In this document: piece after piece, positions 38,639-50,212 of the stretch
How the letters are laid out: every line of letters begins with the position of its first letter
Numbering within the stretch: position 1 is the first letter of the stretch
Source of the DNA: Octopus bimaculoides
Taxonomy: Eukaryota
Direction: 5' to 3'
Length of the DNA stretch: 57,005 nt
Assembly: GCF_001194135.2 (NCBI RefSeq)
Contig: NC_068985.1
Location: forward strand, 42,216,660-42,273,664
Notes under the pieces: generated by a model
The model's input: the letters and a program-made list of their open reading frames with translations, nothing else
What the model was told of the DNA's origin: nothing
Database searches by the model: none
Translations under genes and position numbers: made by a program

Positions 38639-38761
38639 TTATGTTTTGTTGGCACTGTGTTCTTCAATTATTGAAGGTGCATAACAGGCATCAAACAAGT
38701 CTTTAGCAGTGAACTGCGACTGTACAACATCAGGGACTTTGTAAGAGACATATGGCTTCAG
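38639..38761 (-). CDS. MRPL41: MRPL41 last coding exon
   Basis: Acceptor ttttctttataatccacag|. Encodes LKPYVSYKVPDVVQSQFTAKDLFDACYAPSIIEEHSANKT*; LKPYVSY is the hallmark mL41 motif. Minus-strand AATAAA signals lie downstream near 38517-38570. Confidence 0.92.
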   Translation of the reverse strand: MKPYVSYKVPDVVQSQFTAKDLFDACYAPSIIEEHSANKT

Positions 38762-39159
38762 CTGTGGATTATAAAGAAAATCATGTATTACATATTATCA
38801 ATAACAAGATCATATCACTTTATGTCATTTCATTTCCTTCATTCTAATATATCTTCTTTTGTTTTTATTTAAATACACCATATATTTCATAAATAGATAA
38901 CATCAATAAAGTCCAATAGTCAGATACAGATACTGAAGCAGGATGTATTAAACCTGACATTTGATTGCAAATAATATGTAAAAGTCAATTGTATTTATAG
39001 ATAATATTACATATTTAGAGCAAAAGATGTAATAGGCAACAACATAATGCCAGGGTGTTTTAGTAAAATCAGTAATATACATATCAAACTGAATTTAAGA
39101 TATTTATTTCCCAGTCAGTTGTCTTACAAAAAATACAAGTGTTACAGCCATAACAGATT

Positions 39160-39345
39160 CATCATCATCATAATCATAATCGTTTAACGTCTGTTTTCCA
39201 TGCTGGCATGGATTAGATGGTTCGATTGGGGTTTGGGAAGCCAGGAGACTGCACCAGGCTCCAATCTGATCTGGCAGTGTTTCTATAGCTGGATGCCCTT
39301 CCTAATGCCAACCACTCTAAGAGTGTAGTGGGTGTTTTTTATGTG
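39160..39345 (-). mobile_element. RTE 3' tail fragment
   Basis: catcatcatcat...cgtttaacgtctgttttccatgctggcatgg...ggatgcccttcctaatgccaaccac. Confidence 0.8.
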
Positions 39346-39859
39346 CAATAAGTACTGGGGTCAATTCATTCAACCAAAATTCTCCAAGGCGATACCCCAG
39401 CATGGCCACAGTCTCATGACTGAAACAAGTAAAAGATAAAAGATGACCCAGAATAATATGAAGATGTTAGTGAGTGAAAGTGTACTAACCAACCAGGTCT
39501 CCTTTAGCTACAATCTAAAATGTTTGAGTGTAGCATACTGCAGTTTTGCACCTCACCTTGAAAAATGCTTTTTTTGAAAAAATTTCTTTGGATTCCTGGG
39601 TTTTTAGATGTCGAAAATTAAGAATCAGCAAAAAAGAAACATGTTTTCAAAATTTTAAAACCCACTGCCAATTTTAAACTTTCTTTCGAAATTTTTTTTT
39701 TCCAATCTACAGGGAAAAACACGGAGATTTAAACAACAATTTCTAGTTTAGCCAAATGAATATAGAAAGTGCACTTGACATACCTGCTTTAACGAAATTT
39801 CCACACTTCAATATACAACAAACAATATATTAAAAACTGCAAGTGAAATGACTATCAAA

Positions 39860-40520
39860 TAAATGATCTACAATTTATAGATACGTGAAGTAATGTAATG
39901 CCAAAAATGATACAATGCATTTGTTCCAAATTGCCAAGCCCACATAAATTCAGGTAAATACTAGTCAATTAGTTGTCTATTTGGGGATCCGTTCTACTGA
40001 CTTTGTATGGCAACCAGTAATGGGGTCAACAAAATTATTAGAATGGTTAACACTGTAATGTTTGACAAATAGCTTCTCATCAATTTTCTTATACAAAATC
40101 CATTTATCGGAATACATTACTGATCCCGGCTCAATCCATTCTTCTATCAATGGCAACAAAGTTTCTTCTTTCCTATCAGCAACTGAAATAAGAAATCCTT
40201 TTTTATGTGCTTTACAATATCCTCCAAAAATCCATTGCTCTTTTACCAATGAGCCCACGTTATATTTCCTTTTTGCGAACAACGATTCATCAATTCCTAC
40301 AATGATGTTGTGTCCACCTATTTTTGTAGGATTGTTTATAACTTGCTCAACTGCCACATCTCTGCAAAACTGCATCCAATCTGCAACAGATTTTTATTTC
40401 CAACTCTTTCATTATAGCTGGATAACTTGCTGAACAAGCTTTTCCACTACCTTCAGCCCACATGTATGTCAATCCAAATGCTTGCCAAAGCTCAAGTTTT
40501 GATTTTGCTTCCCAACCACA
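39860..40520 (-). mobile_element. Merlin (eukaryotic IS1016/ISXO2-like) transposase remnant in MRPL41 intron 2
   Basis: IGGHNIIVGIDESLFAKRKYNVG...WIFGG...IEPGSVMYSDKW...VNHSNNFVDPITGCHT...YLPEFMW. Confidence 0.88.
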
Positions 40521-40529
40521 TTGTCCTGA

Positions 40530-41090
40530 GTTTAGTCTCACTACATGGCACTTTGGGTGTCTTCTACTATAGCCTCACGTCAACCAAAGCCTTGTGAGTG
40601 GAGTTGGTAGAAAGTGAAAGAAGCCCATCGTGTGTGTGTGTGTGTATATGTATATATATATATATATATATATACCTAAAGTCAAGTTGGATGTGAAGTT
40701 GGGGCATTTCCAGAGAAGCACTTGACTTGATTACTAGGCTATCAACACTGTCAGGTTACAAGCCAAAGCCAAAATTCTTCAGGTGTAGAAAATCCAAGTT
40801 TAGTTAATTAAAGATGTGTTAAAATCCAAGTTTGAGTTAATTAAAGATATGTTGAAGAACTTTCTTTTTCTCCTTCTTTTCATTGTATATATATGTGTGT
40901 GTGTCTTTGTGTTTGTCTCCTACCATCATTTGACAACCAATGGTGGTGTGTCAAAAAAGACCATTGAAATAAGTACCTGTCCTTATAAAAAAAGCAATAA
41001 GTGCTGGGGTCAATTCATTCGACTAAAATTCTCCAAGTCGGTGCCCTAGTATGGCCACAGTCTAATGACTGAAACAAGTAAAAGATGACC
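40530..41090 (+). mobile_element. SINE family B, split copy
   Basis: Head/CORE part at about 40530-40635 and 3' part at about 40895-41090, separated by (TA)n and an unrelated insert. Confidence 0.75.
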
Positions 41091-41587
41091 CAGAATAATA
41101 TTAAGATGTCAAATCCACTACAGGTTACATTGGTGGTGATTATAGAATAGGTGCCATATAGGAGAAAACGACGTTGCTTCCTTGATGTTAAAGCTGCAAC
41201 TAACTTAGCTCTTTCAAAATAGGCATGCAATACTGCTGGGTGGAAGCTGCTACTTGTATTACTACATCGCCAACTCTGACTGGCTGGTGTCTGCCAAAGC
41301 ACAAATGAAGTAATCCATAGCGACAAAATAGATCTTTCATGTCTCACTACAATTCAAAAATGTAATAAATTGCAACATTTTGGTCAGAAGCCTTCATCAA
41401 AGATTGTTTTTTTTTTTTTAATGTATAGTAGACTGGGAGCAAACAGTGGGAACAACTTATATTGTAGTACCAGGGTAAAATGGTGACATTTCTGTCAGGA
41501 GCTGCAACCATTGGCAAGCCAATGAAAATAGTTTCCTTTGTTTAACCAACAATAGATACAATGATACTATATTCTTTTCTACTCTAG

Positions 41588-41785
41588 GCACAAGGCCCAA
41601 AATTTTTGGGGAGTGGGGGGCAGTTGATTAGATTAACCCTAGTATGCAACTGGTACTTAATTTATCGACCCCGAAAGGATGGAAGGCATGGTCAACCTCA
41701 GTGGAATTTGAACTCTGAATGTAAAGACAGACGAAATACTGCTAAGCATTTCGCCTGGCATGCTAACTATTCTGCCAGCTCGCCA
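41588..41785 (-). mobile_element. SINE family A
   Basis: Reverse complement of the consensus at 845-1062. Confidence 0.85.
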
Positions 41786-42490
41786 CCTTACAATGACACC
41801 ATACAGATGTTAGTACAATTATGTTGTCACTATATAGAAGTGTAGCTTACATCTATATTAAGAATTCATAAAATACCTTTTCATAAATCACAAAGATAGT
41901 GAGGGTTGATGTTCAGCTCCTCTCTCTGTAGTATTAGAACAGAGATGCATTTTCTGGACACATTCTTCCATAAGTAAGTTACCCAGAGAAACCTGGTACT
42001 TCTTTCAGCTAAGTGAAATGCACCAGCATAAAATTAAGATACTTGTCCAGAAATACAATAGACTCACTAGAAGTAGATGTACAATATTTCAAACATTTTA
42101 ACATTCAATTTCTAATTCTAATATTAGCCTAAGAACAATTTTCGCAGTTTAATTCCTTGATCTTCAAAACTGGAATATTTTCTCACATGGAATTCCAAGT
42201 CAGATAACACAGAAACATAGTATATAGTGTTTAATATGAGTAACATGGAATATTGTTTACTAGGCCTGGATTGTGGCATGTGTCTTCACTAACATATGTA
42301 ATGGAGCATTGCTTTATGGTTGTATATTACCCTTAACTGGTAATGCAAAGATAAAAACATTAAAAATAGAGAAACATAACAGTCACGTATTTGGGAGGTG
42401 TAATATTAAAACTGAAGAATTATCTGAGATATCAAACTGAAAGAGATATTTTCTTGGTTTTACAATGAAAGAGATGAAATATTTTCTTGC

Positions 42491-42591
42491 CTCACAATCT
42501 GTAAGATCAGGAACAACGATATTTGGTATCATTTCAGGAATAATGCAGTACTTTCCAGTTTTTCTGGAAAATGCACCAACTTCAGGTACAA
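42491..42591 (-). CDS. MRPL41: MRPL41 coding exon 2
   Basis: Acceptor ttttgttttttag|, 101 nt. Encodes VPEVGAFSRKTGKYCIIPEMIPNIVVPDLTDCE with the family motif P-E/N-x-V-V-P-D-L-T. Ends at a GC donor (GAG|gcaaga). Confidence 0.9.
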
Positions 42592-42894
42592 CTAAAAAAC
42601 AAAATAAAAAAGGCAAACTTCTTAGGTGTGTCTTGTTATACAAGTAGACATTCTAATAACCAATTATAGTATAATACTGAATCTTTGATTTTTGTATTAT
42701 TAGGAAAGGTAGACTGTATGACGCCAGTGTGTGAACAATTTTTTTTTCAGAATCATAATCTCCGTATTTTTCCGCATATTTTGAAAAAAAAATTGTGAAA
42801 AAAGTAAAGAAATTTTTTCAGAATCGAAATCTCCATAGCCTAAAACGTGGGATTCCGTAAAAAATAAATAAATAAGGGGGGAAAGGTTCAGATT

Positions 42895-43126
42895 GCATAT
42901 AGTCCGTCTCCGCCCGTCGTATATATGTATATATATGTGTGTGTGTTTGTGTTTGTCTCCCTACCATCGCTTGACAGCCGATGCTGGTGTGTTTACGTCC
43001 CCGTAACTTAGCGGTTCGGCAAAAAGAGACCGATAGAATAAGTACTAGGCTTACAAAGAATAAGTCCTGGGGTCGATTTTTCTCCAGCATGGCCGCAGTC
43101 AAATGACTGAAACAAGTAAAAGAGTA
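42895..43126 (+). mobile_element. SINE family B, 3' part, young
   Basis: CpG-retaining match to the consensus; the head is absent. Confidence 0.88.
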
Positions 43127-43270
43127 AACGGAAAACGGGCACTCGCGAATGTAAACAAATATGTCGAACGATAACTTACTTTTACCAGTCAGATATTATT
43201 AATGATACAAGGGGCCCGACAATATCACAATCTTTTTTTAAAAGTCAGTTTATAACTAATATATACTATT

Positions 43271-43397
43271 ATGTCAGATTTTGTGCCTGAACGGGAAATT
43301 TTTAATGCTATGACCTTATTTCGTGTCGGAAGAGATTTGGAAACAACGGAAAAGGCCAATGACTGGTGTAGAAAATTTGGATTACTATCAAGACAAG
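43271..43397 (+). mobile_element. Possible Merlin-like transposase N-terminal fragment
   Basis: LFRVGRDLETTEKANDWCRKFGLL resembles the N-terminus of Merlin transposases; interrupted by the hairpin element. Weak similarity only. Confidence 0.35.
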
Positions 43398-43535
43398 AAA
43401 TTTGGTTAAATTTTCAGATTAATACCCGCACGATTTTCACTAGGGTATTAGGGTTAGGGTTAGGGAATTCCGTCCCTAACCCTAACCCCCTAGTGAAAAT
43501 CGTGCGGGTGTTAATCTGAAAATTTACCGAAATTT
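43398..43535. mobile_element. 138-bp palindromic element with a TTAGGG/CCCTAA core
   Basis: 48-bp arms (43398-43445 and 43488-43535) are 45/48 identical. Core tattagggttagggttagggaattccgtccctaaccctaacc. Confidence 0.85.
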
Positions 43536-44190
43536 GTTGTGGAGTGCCTTAACTTGCATACGTCTTAAACGTATTTACTCTATTGTTTTATAATTATTTC
43601 TGTTGTATATCACATCATAAAATTGGCGAAGGTTTAAGCGCTCCATATAACCACTCATCATTTTTTTATCTTTTGGAATTTTCAGAAAATTCTTGCGAAT
43701 TTGTCCTACACACGAGAATTCATACGATTATTCCTGATGCGTGCATGTGTGTGCGTGTTTTAATTTAAGGTTACGAATATATTAAAATAACGATAAATAA
43801 ACATTTTAGTGCGGTTGCTGTTCTAGAAGGCACGTGAGGGAGGTAGAAGACATTTAAAGACATCTGTTAATTTTTTTAAAGTCTCCTTTCCATTGCTCTG
43901 ATGTTTGTGATAGAGAAAAAAAAACTTGGAAAAATCACAAGCAAAACGGAAAAATTCCAACTTTCGTCGGACAGCTATTCGGCAAGTCCAAAGCATTTCG
44001 AATTAGCGAGTTTTTATCAATACCCAATCATAGTTTAAAGATTTAGGCGCTAAGTGCTAAAATTTATTTTACGGAAGTAAACTGAACAATTATTCAACAT
44101 TAATTGTATATAAAAAAAAAGTGGGGTCGGATATACTTTTTAACACTGGTTAATTATACTAGCTATGAACGAAGGACACATGGTACTCAC

Positions 44191-44356
44191 TGTGTTTAGC
44201 AAGAATATTTTGCACCTGTTTATGGTGCGGTTTGTCAAGTTTTGCATGTTTTCCAGTAGTCTCAAAACGTTTATCGAAAGGATCGCGAGTTTTCTTGCCC
44301 AGGCAAAAGGAACTTGTTCGCAGAGATCGAACAAATTGTAATGTTGACCCCTGCAT
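44191..44356 (-). CDS. MRPL41: Mitochondrial ribosomal protein L41, coding exon 1 (presequence-like N-terminus)
   Basis: MQGSTLQFVRSLRTSSFCLGKKTR... is Arg/Ser-rich and acid-poor at the start. Donor A|gtgagt is phase 1 and compatible with the next exon. Confidence 0.8.
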
Positions 44357-45073
44357 TGCTACTAAAAGTCATCAATATCAGAAACACCGCTTAACGGCTC
44401 TGAACTAAATAATGACTTTAAAAATTTTGTTCCGGGTATTATTTATCGTTGTTGTTAAATTTTCTGCTGCCTTTCCTGCTACTGGTAATGTTGTTGTTTA
44501 GCCCCAGGTCAACTATGACTGAGCCAATCAATGATCAAACGTATTTCATCTATGCTTAACCTGCTAGGGTCGTTTTAACAGCATTAAAGGCCCCTAGGCA
44601 TTGCAGAGCGACGGGGCCCCTGCACAAACAACGAAATAATACGTAGATTAACTTTGGGTCCATTGTGTCCATGAATTGGCGATATCTAATATATTATCTA
44701 ATATAGGAACTTGTTCAATTTTTCGAACCACTACCACTTGAAGTTTTTCTAATTTTCACAAGATTATTTTCAAAAAATGTACTTCTGATGCAGTTTTGCT
44801 TGCTGATAACGAAAATTGCATTTATTGTTTCTAGAAATAAATAATAAAGAAATTACAAGTTATGTAATTTTAGCCAGTTGGAAGTGTCCTTTGCCAATAA
44901 ATCAGTTGTCACGGAAATCAGCAAAGACAAAATAAGACAAGAAAGATGTAGTCTCTCAACATGTTAGAAGAAGTAGTAGCCGAATCTTCCGTAAATTATA
45001 CCTTAATATCTAAACAACGAAAAGAACAACACATTATTAACATGGTTGGAGGTATTGGATTGTTCATTCATTA

Positions 45074-45665
45074 TTAGAGAACTAATGGGGATCTTTTTTA
45101 AAACGGGGGGGCCACATCTTTCATTAACGAAACACTTTGAAACTTGGAACACTGGTAGAATGTGTCATATAAAACATGTTTTTCTCTTAGTCTTCTTTAA
45201 AAAAAAAGAAATCCCTAAGTTATTCCATGTGAAAGTTGTCGTATTTCTGTAATTTCAACCAATCACTGACGTTCATTCAGCCGATATACATTAAGTGCCG
45301 ACTACATAAACAAACGATTCTGAAACAATTAACCCTAACCCTAACCCTACGGTTAGGGTTAAAGCAAATTTAAAATGAAAAAAGCAAATAAAACGAAGGT
45401 ATGGAGATTAAATACGCTTTACATCGCTTAATCAGCAAAAGGAGTAAATATAAACAACTGAATACTTGTCAGTGATTGGTTGAAATTATCGAAATAAGAC
45501 AATTTTTTACATGAAATAAATTCCAATACAAAAATATTTTTCTGTTCTATAACACAAAATAGATAAGTATACGAAGTTTGAAAGTCTTTCCGTACCAAAA
45601 ACACTACGTAAAACATTAATGAAAAATGTGGCCCCCGTTTTAAAATAGATCCACTAATGGTCTTA
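45074..45665. mobile_element. MITE (possibly Kolobok-like) with nested inverted repeats and a central CCCTAA/TTAGGG hairpin
   Basis: TIRs of about 50 bp (ggatct..tttaaaacgggg..ccacat.tttcattaa). Inner IR aatttcaaccaatcactgac at 45251-45270 / 45468-45487. Core aaccctaaccctaaccctacggttagggtt at 45331-45360. TTAA at the right end. Confidence 0.75.
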
Positions 45666-46249
45666 AATTCACAGCAAAACTAAATATGTTTATTATATGT
45701 AATCATAAGCAACATGTGGGTATGTCTACAAAGTCAGAAAACAGCACAGCTCCCATGACTTTCGGAAACATTTTTTCACACTCAGAGTTGCTGAAGCATG
45801 GAACAAACTACTTGCATCAGTTGTTAGTTGCCGAGACATTGCATCCTTTAAAACCTCCATGCTTCCTGAAATTCGCCAACACTCACCAGATATCCCCACT
45901 CCATACGTATGCACACATGTATATCATGACTCATACACTGTTCACTTTTCTGACTTTTGTACATAGTTCTATGTACAGTATATGCACCTTTGATGAATTG
46001 TAGTGCACCTGAGCACTATACACAATAATTTCATTATTATTATAAGCACGTGGAACAAAAAATTAGTATGTTTATCATACACTTACTGATAGATATTTTA
46101 AAGTAGTTTTATAGAAGAAAATTTATGAGCTTTGTACATGTAAATACAAAAGCTGTGACAGAATACTGGGAAAAAGTACGAAACCATAAATTTGACATGT
46201 ATTTCAGTTTTTATCTTCCTTCAGATTAATTGTATAGCATTTTGTGTAT

Positions 46250-46700
46250 TGTTCAAGAGAATTACCATACAGCTGCATAAAGTGGTAAGTTCTAAATGTG
46301 GAGGGAACCTGTGGAAAAGATAGATTCAGTAAGACATGGGACCAAGTGGTAAGAATTTTCAAATGTTGATCCTCTCTGAGGAAATGACAAGGGACCAGGA
46401 GTTGTGGCAATTTGCTGTACCTGAGAAGGTGTGTCAAGCTAAGTAAAATTGCTGTCATCCATACATACAGGCTTGACCTATACTGGTGCCACATAGAATA
46501 CACTTGTGCTGCTGCTGCACAAATGCACCCATATTGGTGGTATGTAAATGGCACCCAGCACACTCTGTAAAGTGGTTGGCATTACAAAGGGCATCCAGCC
46601 ACAGAAATCATGCCACAACAGACAATTAGCATCTGACCAGTTCCTGTCAAACTGTCCAACCCATGCCACCATGGAAAGCAGATGTTAAATGATGATGTTA
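46250..46700 (+). mobile_element. RTE LINE 3' end with UTR and (GAT)n tail
   Basis: Homologous to about 24380-25020. Confidence 0.85.
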
Positions 46701-49324
46701 TGCCCAAATTTTTGACTATGATGTTTGATGTTTTGTGTAACTGCAATCAGCTATTAGGATTATGCACCATTCCTACAGTTTTGCTGTCATCCACTCATTG
46801 CAAATAACTGATAGCCAGATGAAAGTTTAACATACCTTTCATCCTTCCTGGAGAATTTTCATTGAGATAATTAAAAAATGTTTTATAAAGGTAACACAGT
46901 CATTAAGGAGTTGATGTGATTTCTGCCAGCATACCATAAGCACTTTTTTGTAAGTCTGTACTAAAAAACTGTGATATTTTGGATTGCTTTCAATATTTCA
47001 TTATTAGTAACATTTATTCTGCCAAGTAGACTTATGCTTATCTGGCTCCCTAGCCTACAACACTCAGTTACCCGTCCACACGATAGTCACATTAAACATA
47101 AAGCAATTTTTTGATACATTAAAAACTTTTAGAAAGTGTCTTATATGTTGGCAAATCATTTCTGTTTAACAGGTAGAAAGCTATTAAATTATGAAGTGTT
47201 TGTGTGGTTTATAATAAACTTTATTTTACATTTCTTGCCCACAAGAAATTATGTCCGATCTTTAGCATACTTTTGTATGTCTTCTCAAATCACGATCACA
47301 GGAAAAGTTGTTGATAATTCTTACCGACAAAAACAAAGCTGATAAATACGCACAAGTGTTGCAAGATAAGTTTAATTACCAACAAACATCAGCTTGGATG
47401 ACACTTTACTCAACCGACAGAGGAAGGTGACCAATCAAACTGATTATGGATACAGAATTTTGATTGGTTGAAAGTGTCTTCTTGTTTCAAGCTCTGATTT
47501 TCTGCCTATCCTTGTATCGAATTTTAATCCCTTTCATACTTATAAAATGTCAAGCAAACTTAAAAATTTGTCATTACCGTTTTAGCCAGGAGACCAAGCT
47601 GATAGTTTGGTAACCTGCTAAAATGAACATTAAAAATCGAAAGAAGAAAGCAAACAGCTTTGCAAGTTTAAATCAGTGTTTATTGAACAAGAGAGGTGCG
47701 AAATTTAAGAAGCAACTTAGAATATATACGTCTGTGAGGAGACATAAACAGGAATAGCAAAAATCTACTATACCAAAAGAACTGATAATACATACATTAT
47801 AAGTGTTCTATGAAGTGAACATAAGATTGCTGCATAATTCAACATGAATGTGTAATGACATTAAACATCGTATAAGGTAAATGAGGGCTTCTAAAGGAAT
47901 GCTAAGTCATATTCACTTAGTGAGTTTACATGCACACAAATGAATTATGATGTTGTCAGCATTAGATGCAGTAAGAGCTGATAGTGGCGATGTTGGCAGT
48001 GATGAATTTCATTGTCCTAACGTGGAGAAAGTGAGCAATAGCTTCCTGGAAGCAAATGCAAGCTAGACTTCTTAAGTGGAGAAAAACTGATCTATTTAAG
48101 GAAATTGCTAGGCTCCATTGTGATAGGTAGAAACTCCAAGCAAAGTAAAATATGGCCCAGACCATGATTACCAGCATGAACATCAAACTTCAAAAAGTAG
48201 TCAACCATTTAATGGTTTTTGTAAATTTATATGGAAAAAGTAAACATTATACCATCCAGCATAAATAAAAGTCAACTTTATTATACTTTTTCTGTAAAAA
48301 CCTTTTCTGGCATTAAATGAGTCAACTTCTGATACGAATGTTTATTTTTGTACGTGATTTTGCAACAAAAAAAATTTCTAAAAGATTCTGGAAACGATCT
48401 ACTCATGTAATTTACGCACCCACTAAAGTTTATTTTTGTTTTTGTGAAAAAAAAGTGTGGGTTTTTACGGTAATTGAAAGAAACACAGAATATCTCAACA
48501 GAAATATGGTAACAAAAGGGTTAAATTAAACAACAAAGTTCTAAAAGTCCTAGTATTCATTTGAAAATATATATATCTGGATGATCTGTGCCTATTTCTT
48601 ATGGGGTTCATAAAGTAGCACGTAACAAAATTATTCTAGTGTCACAACAAATTACCTACCATGGAATATGAATTCACTGTCTTATCTTTATCCAACTTTC
48701 CGTGTTAACATGGCTTGGATGAGCTTGAAACACCTTAACTGTCTACATTTTTCAGCTGCTAATAATTACAATACCAACATGCTGTATATTAGCTCTACCT
48801 ATAATCAGTGTTTGTAAATATGAAATATGCAAGTCATCTGGTTGATTATTATTTAAGTCACATTAATATTACAACCTTACCAACACTTATTGCTATTGTA
48901 AGATCTAGGTTAGATACTACGATACTGTTCTTTTTCTCACTTTCACTTGCTACTACAAAGGTTTCCAATTCTCTGACCTAGAACATTACAAACTATCCCC
49001 ATGTCGGCATGCCTTTTGTGTCATTCCTACCTCTCCTTCATTTCCCCTCTAGATTATGCATTAATCATTCCTTCCAAGTGCTCTAACCCTTTGGAATTCT
49101 CTTGCTACCCAGGTTTTCCTAACAACATCAATGTCCATAACATTAATCTGAACATCAACAGCATTAATTTTATTAGTCTGAGAGGGACTCCATGCATGTG
49201 TGAGCTGACAGTTGTCATCAACATTGTCGTCATTGCCACCGTCGTGTCCATCGTCTTCACTGTCATTGTTGCCATCGTCATCATTGTTGTCATCGCTGCT
49301 GTCATCATTGCTGTTATTGTTTGA

Positions 49325-49490
49325 TGTTCACTTTCTATGCTGGTATGGGCTGGACTGTTTGACAGGATTTGGCAAGCAGCAAGGCTACATTGGGCTTCAA
49401 TGTCAGCTTTGGCATAGTTTTTATGGCTGGATGCCCTTCCTAATGCAAACCACTTTATACAGTGAAGAGGGTGCATTTTTCGTGCCACTA
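49325..49490 (-). mobile_element. RTE 3' tail fragment
   Basis: gatgttcactttctatgctggtatggg...ggatgcccttcctaatgcaaaccactttac. Confidence 0.75.
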
Positions 49491-49861
49491 CCTCTAACGA
49501 CGTTGCTAAGTAACTTGCAAGATATAAAAAAAAACAGGAAAAAGCTCTCACTATTAAATAAGGAGTATTTGAGATGGGACGGTGGCTTTATGATGAATGT
49601 TGAAAGTCTAAAGAGAGATGGACAAGCATAGGTATCTTGCTATAGATGAGATACATGGCTAACAATTTTTATTCTTATTGAGTTGGGAGAGAGTAGCTGA
49701 GAAGATAAAAGGAAAGTAGTGATGGAGTGCCAGAGAAAACTTTCAAGGTATAAGAACAGTTGGTCCTGAGGAAGAGGAGGAAATAGTGGATGCTCTCTAA
49801 GAGTATGAGATGGGGGAGTAAGAGACACTGAAAGATAGGGTAAAGATGCAATAGAGGGAAA

Positions 49862-49897
<36 letters not shown>

Positions 49898-49899
49898 TA

Positions 49900-50056
49900 T
49901 AGTTTTAAGGAAAAGAACCAAGGTTCATAAACTCATCGATGAAAATCCACTGTCACATATAGAAATTTATTGTGCTTTTACTTATTCATTTTTCTATATA
50001 TGACAGTGAATTTTCCTCGATGAGTTCATGAACCTTGGTTCTTTTCCCTAAAACTA
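49900..50056. repeat. Foldback hairpin, 66-bp arms, 25-nt loop
   Basis: 49900-49965 versus reverse complement of 49991-50056: 61/66 identical. Confidence 0.92.
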
Positions 50057-50212
50057 TTTTATACTGTGAAACTTAATTTAATTTTTAATAATTTGAATTT
50101 AATTGAGTTTTTACCTGTAAATTTCGATTTTTATCCCTAATATGAACTACCTGCATCAACTTGCTATAAAAGCAGGTAGTAATTTTACCTTGTCCTTATT
50201 CTTAAAGCTATA

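Noticed and set aside
39977-40375. Bacterial IS1595/ISXO2 transposase implying contamination or recent horizontal transfer
   Set aside because: Merlin is the established eukaryotic branch of this family; the copy is decayed and embedded among host SINEs in an intron.
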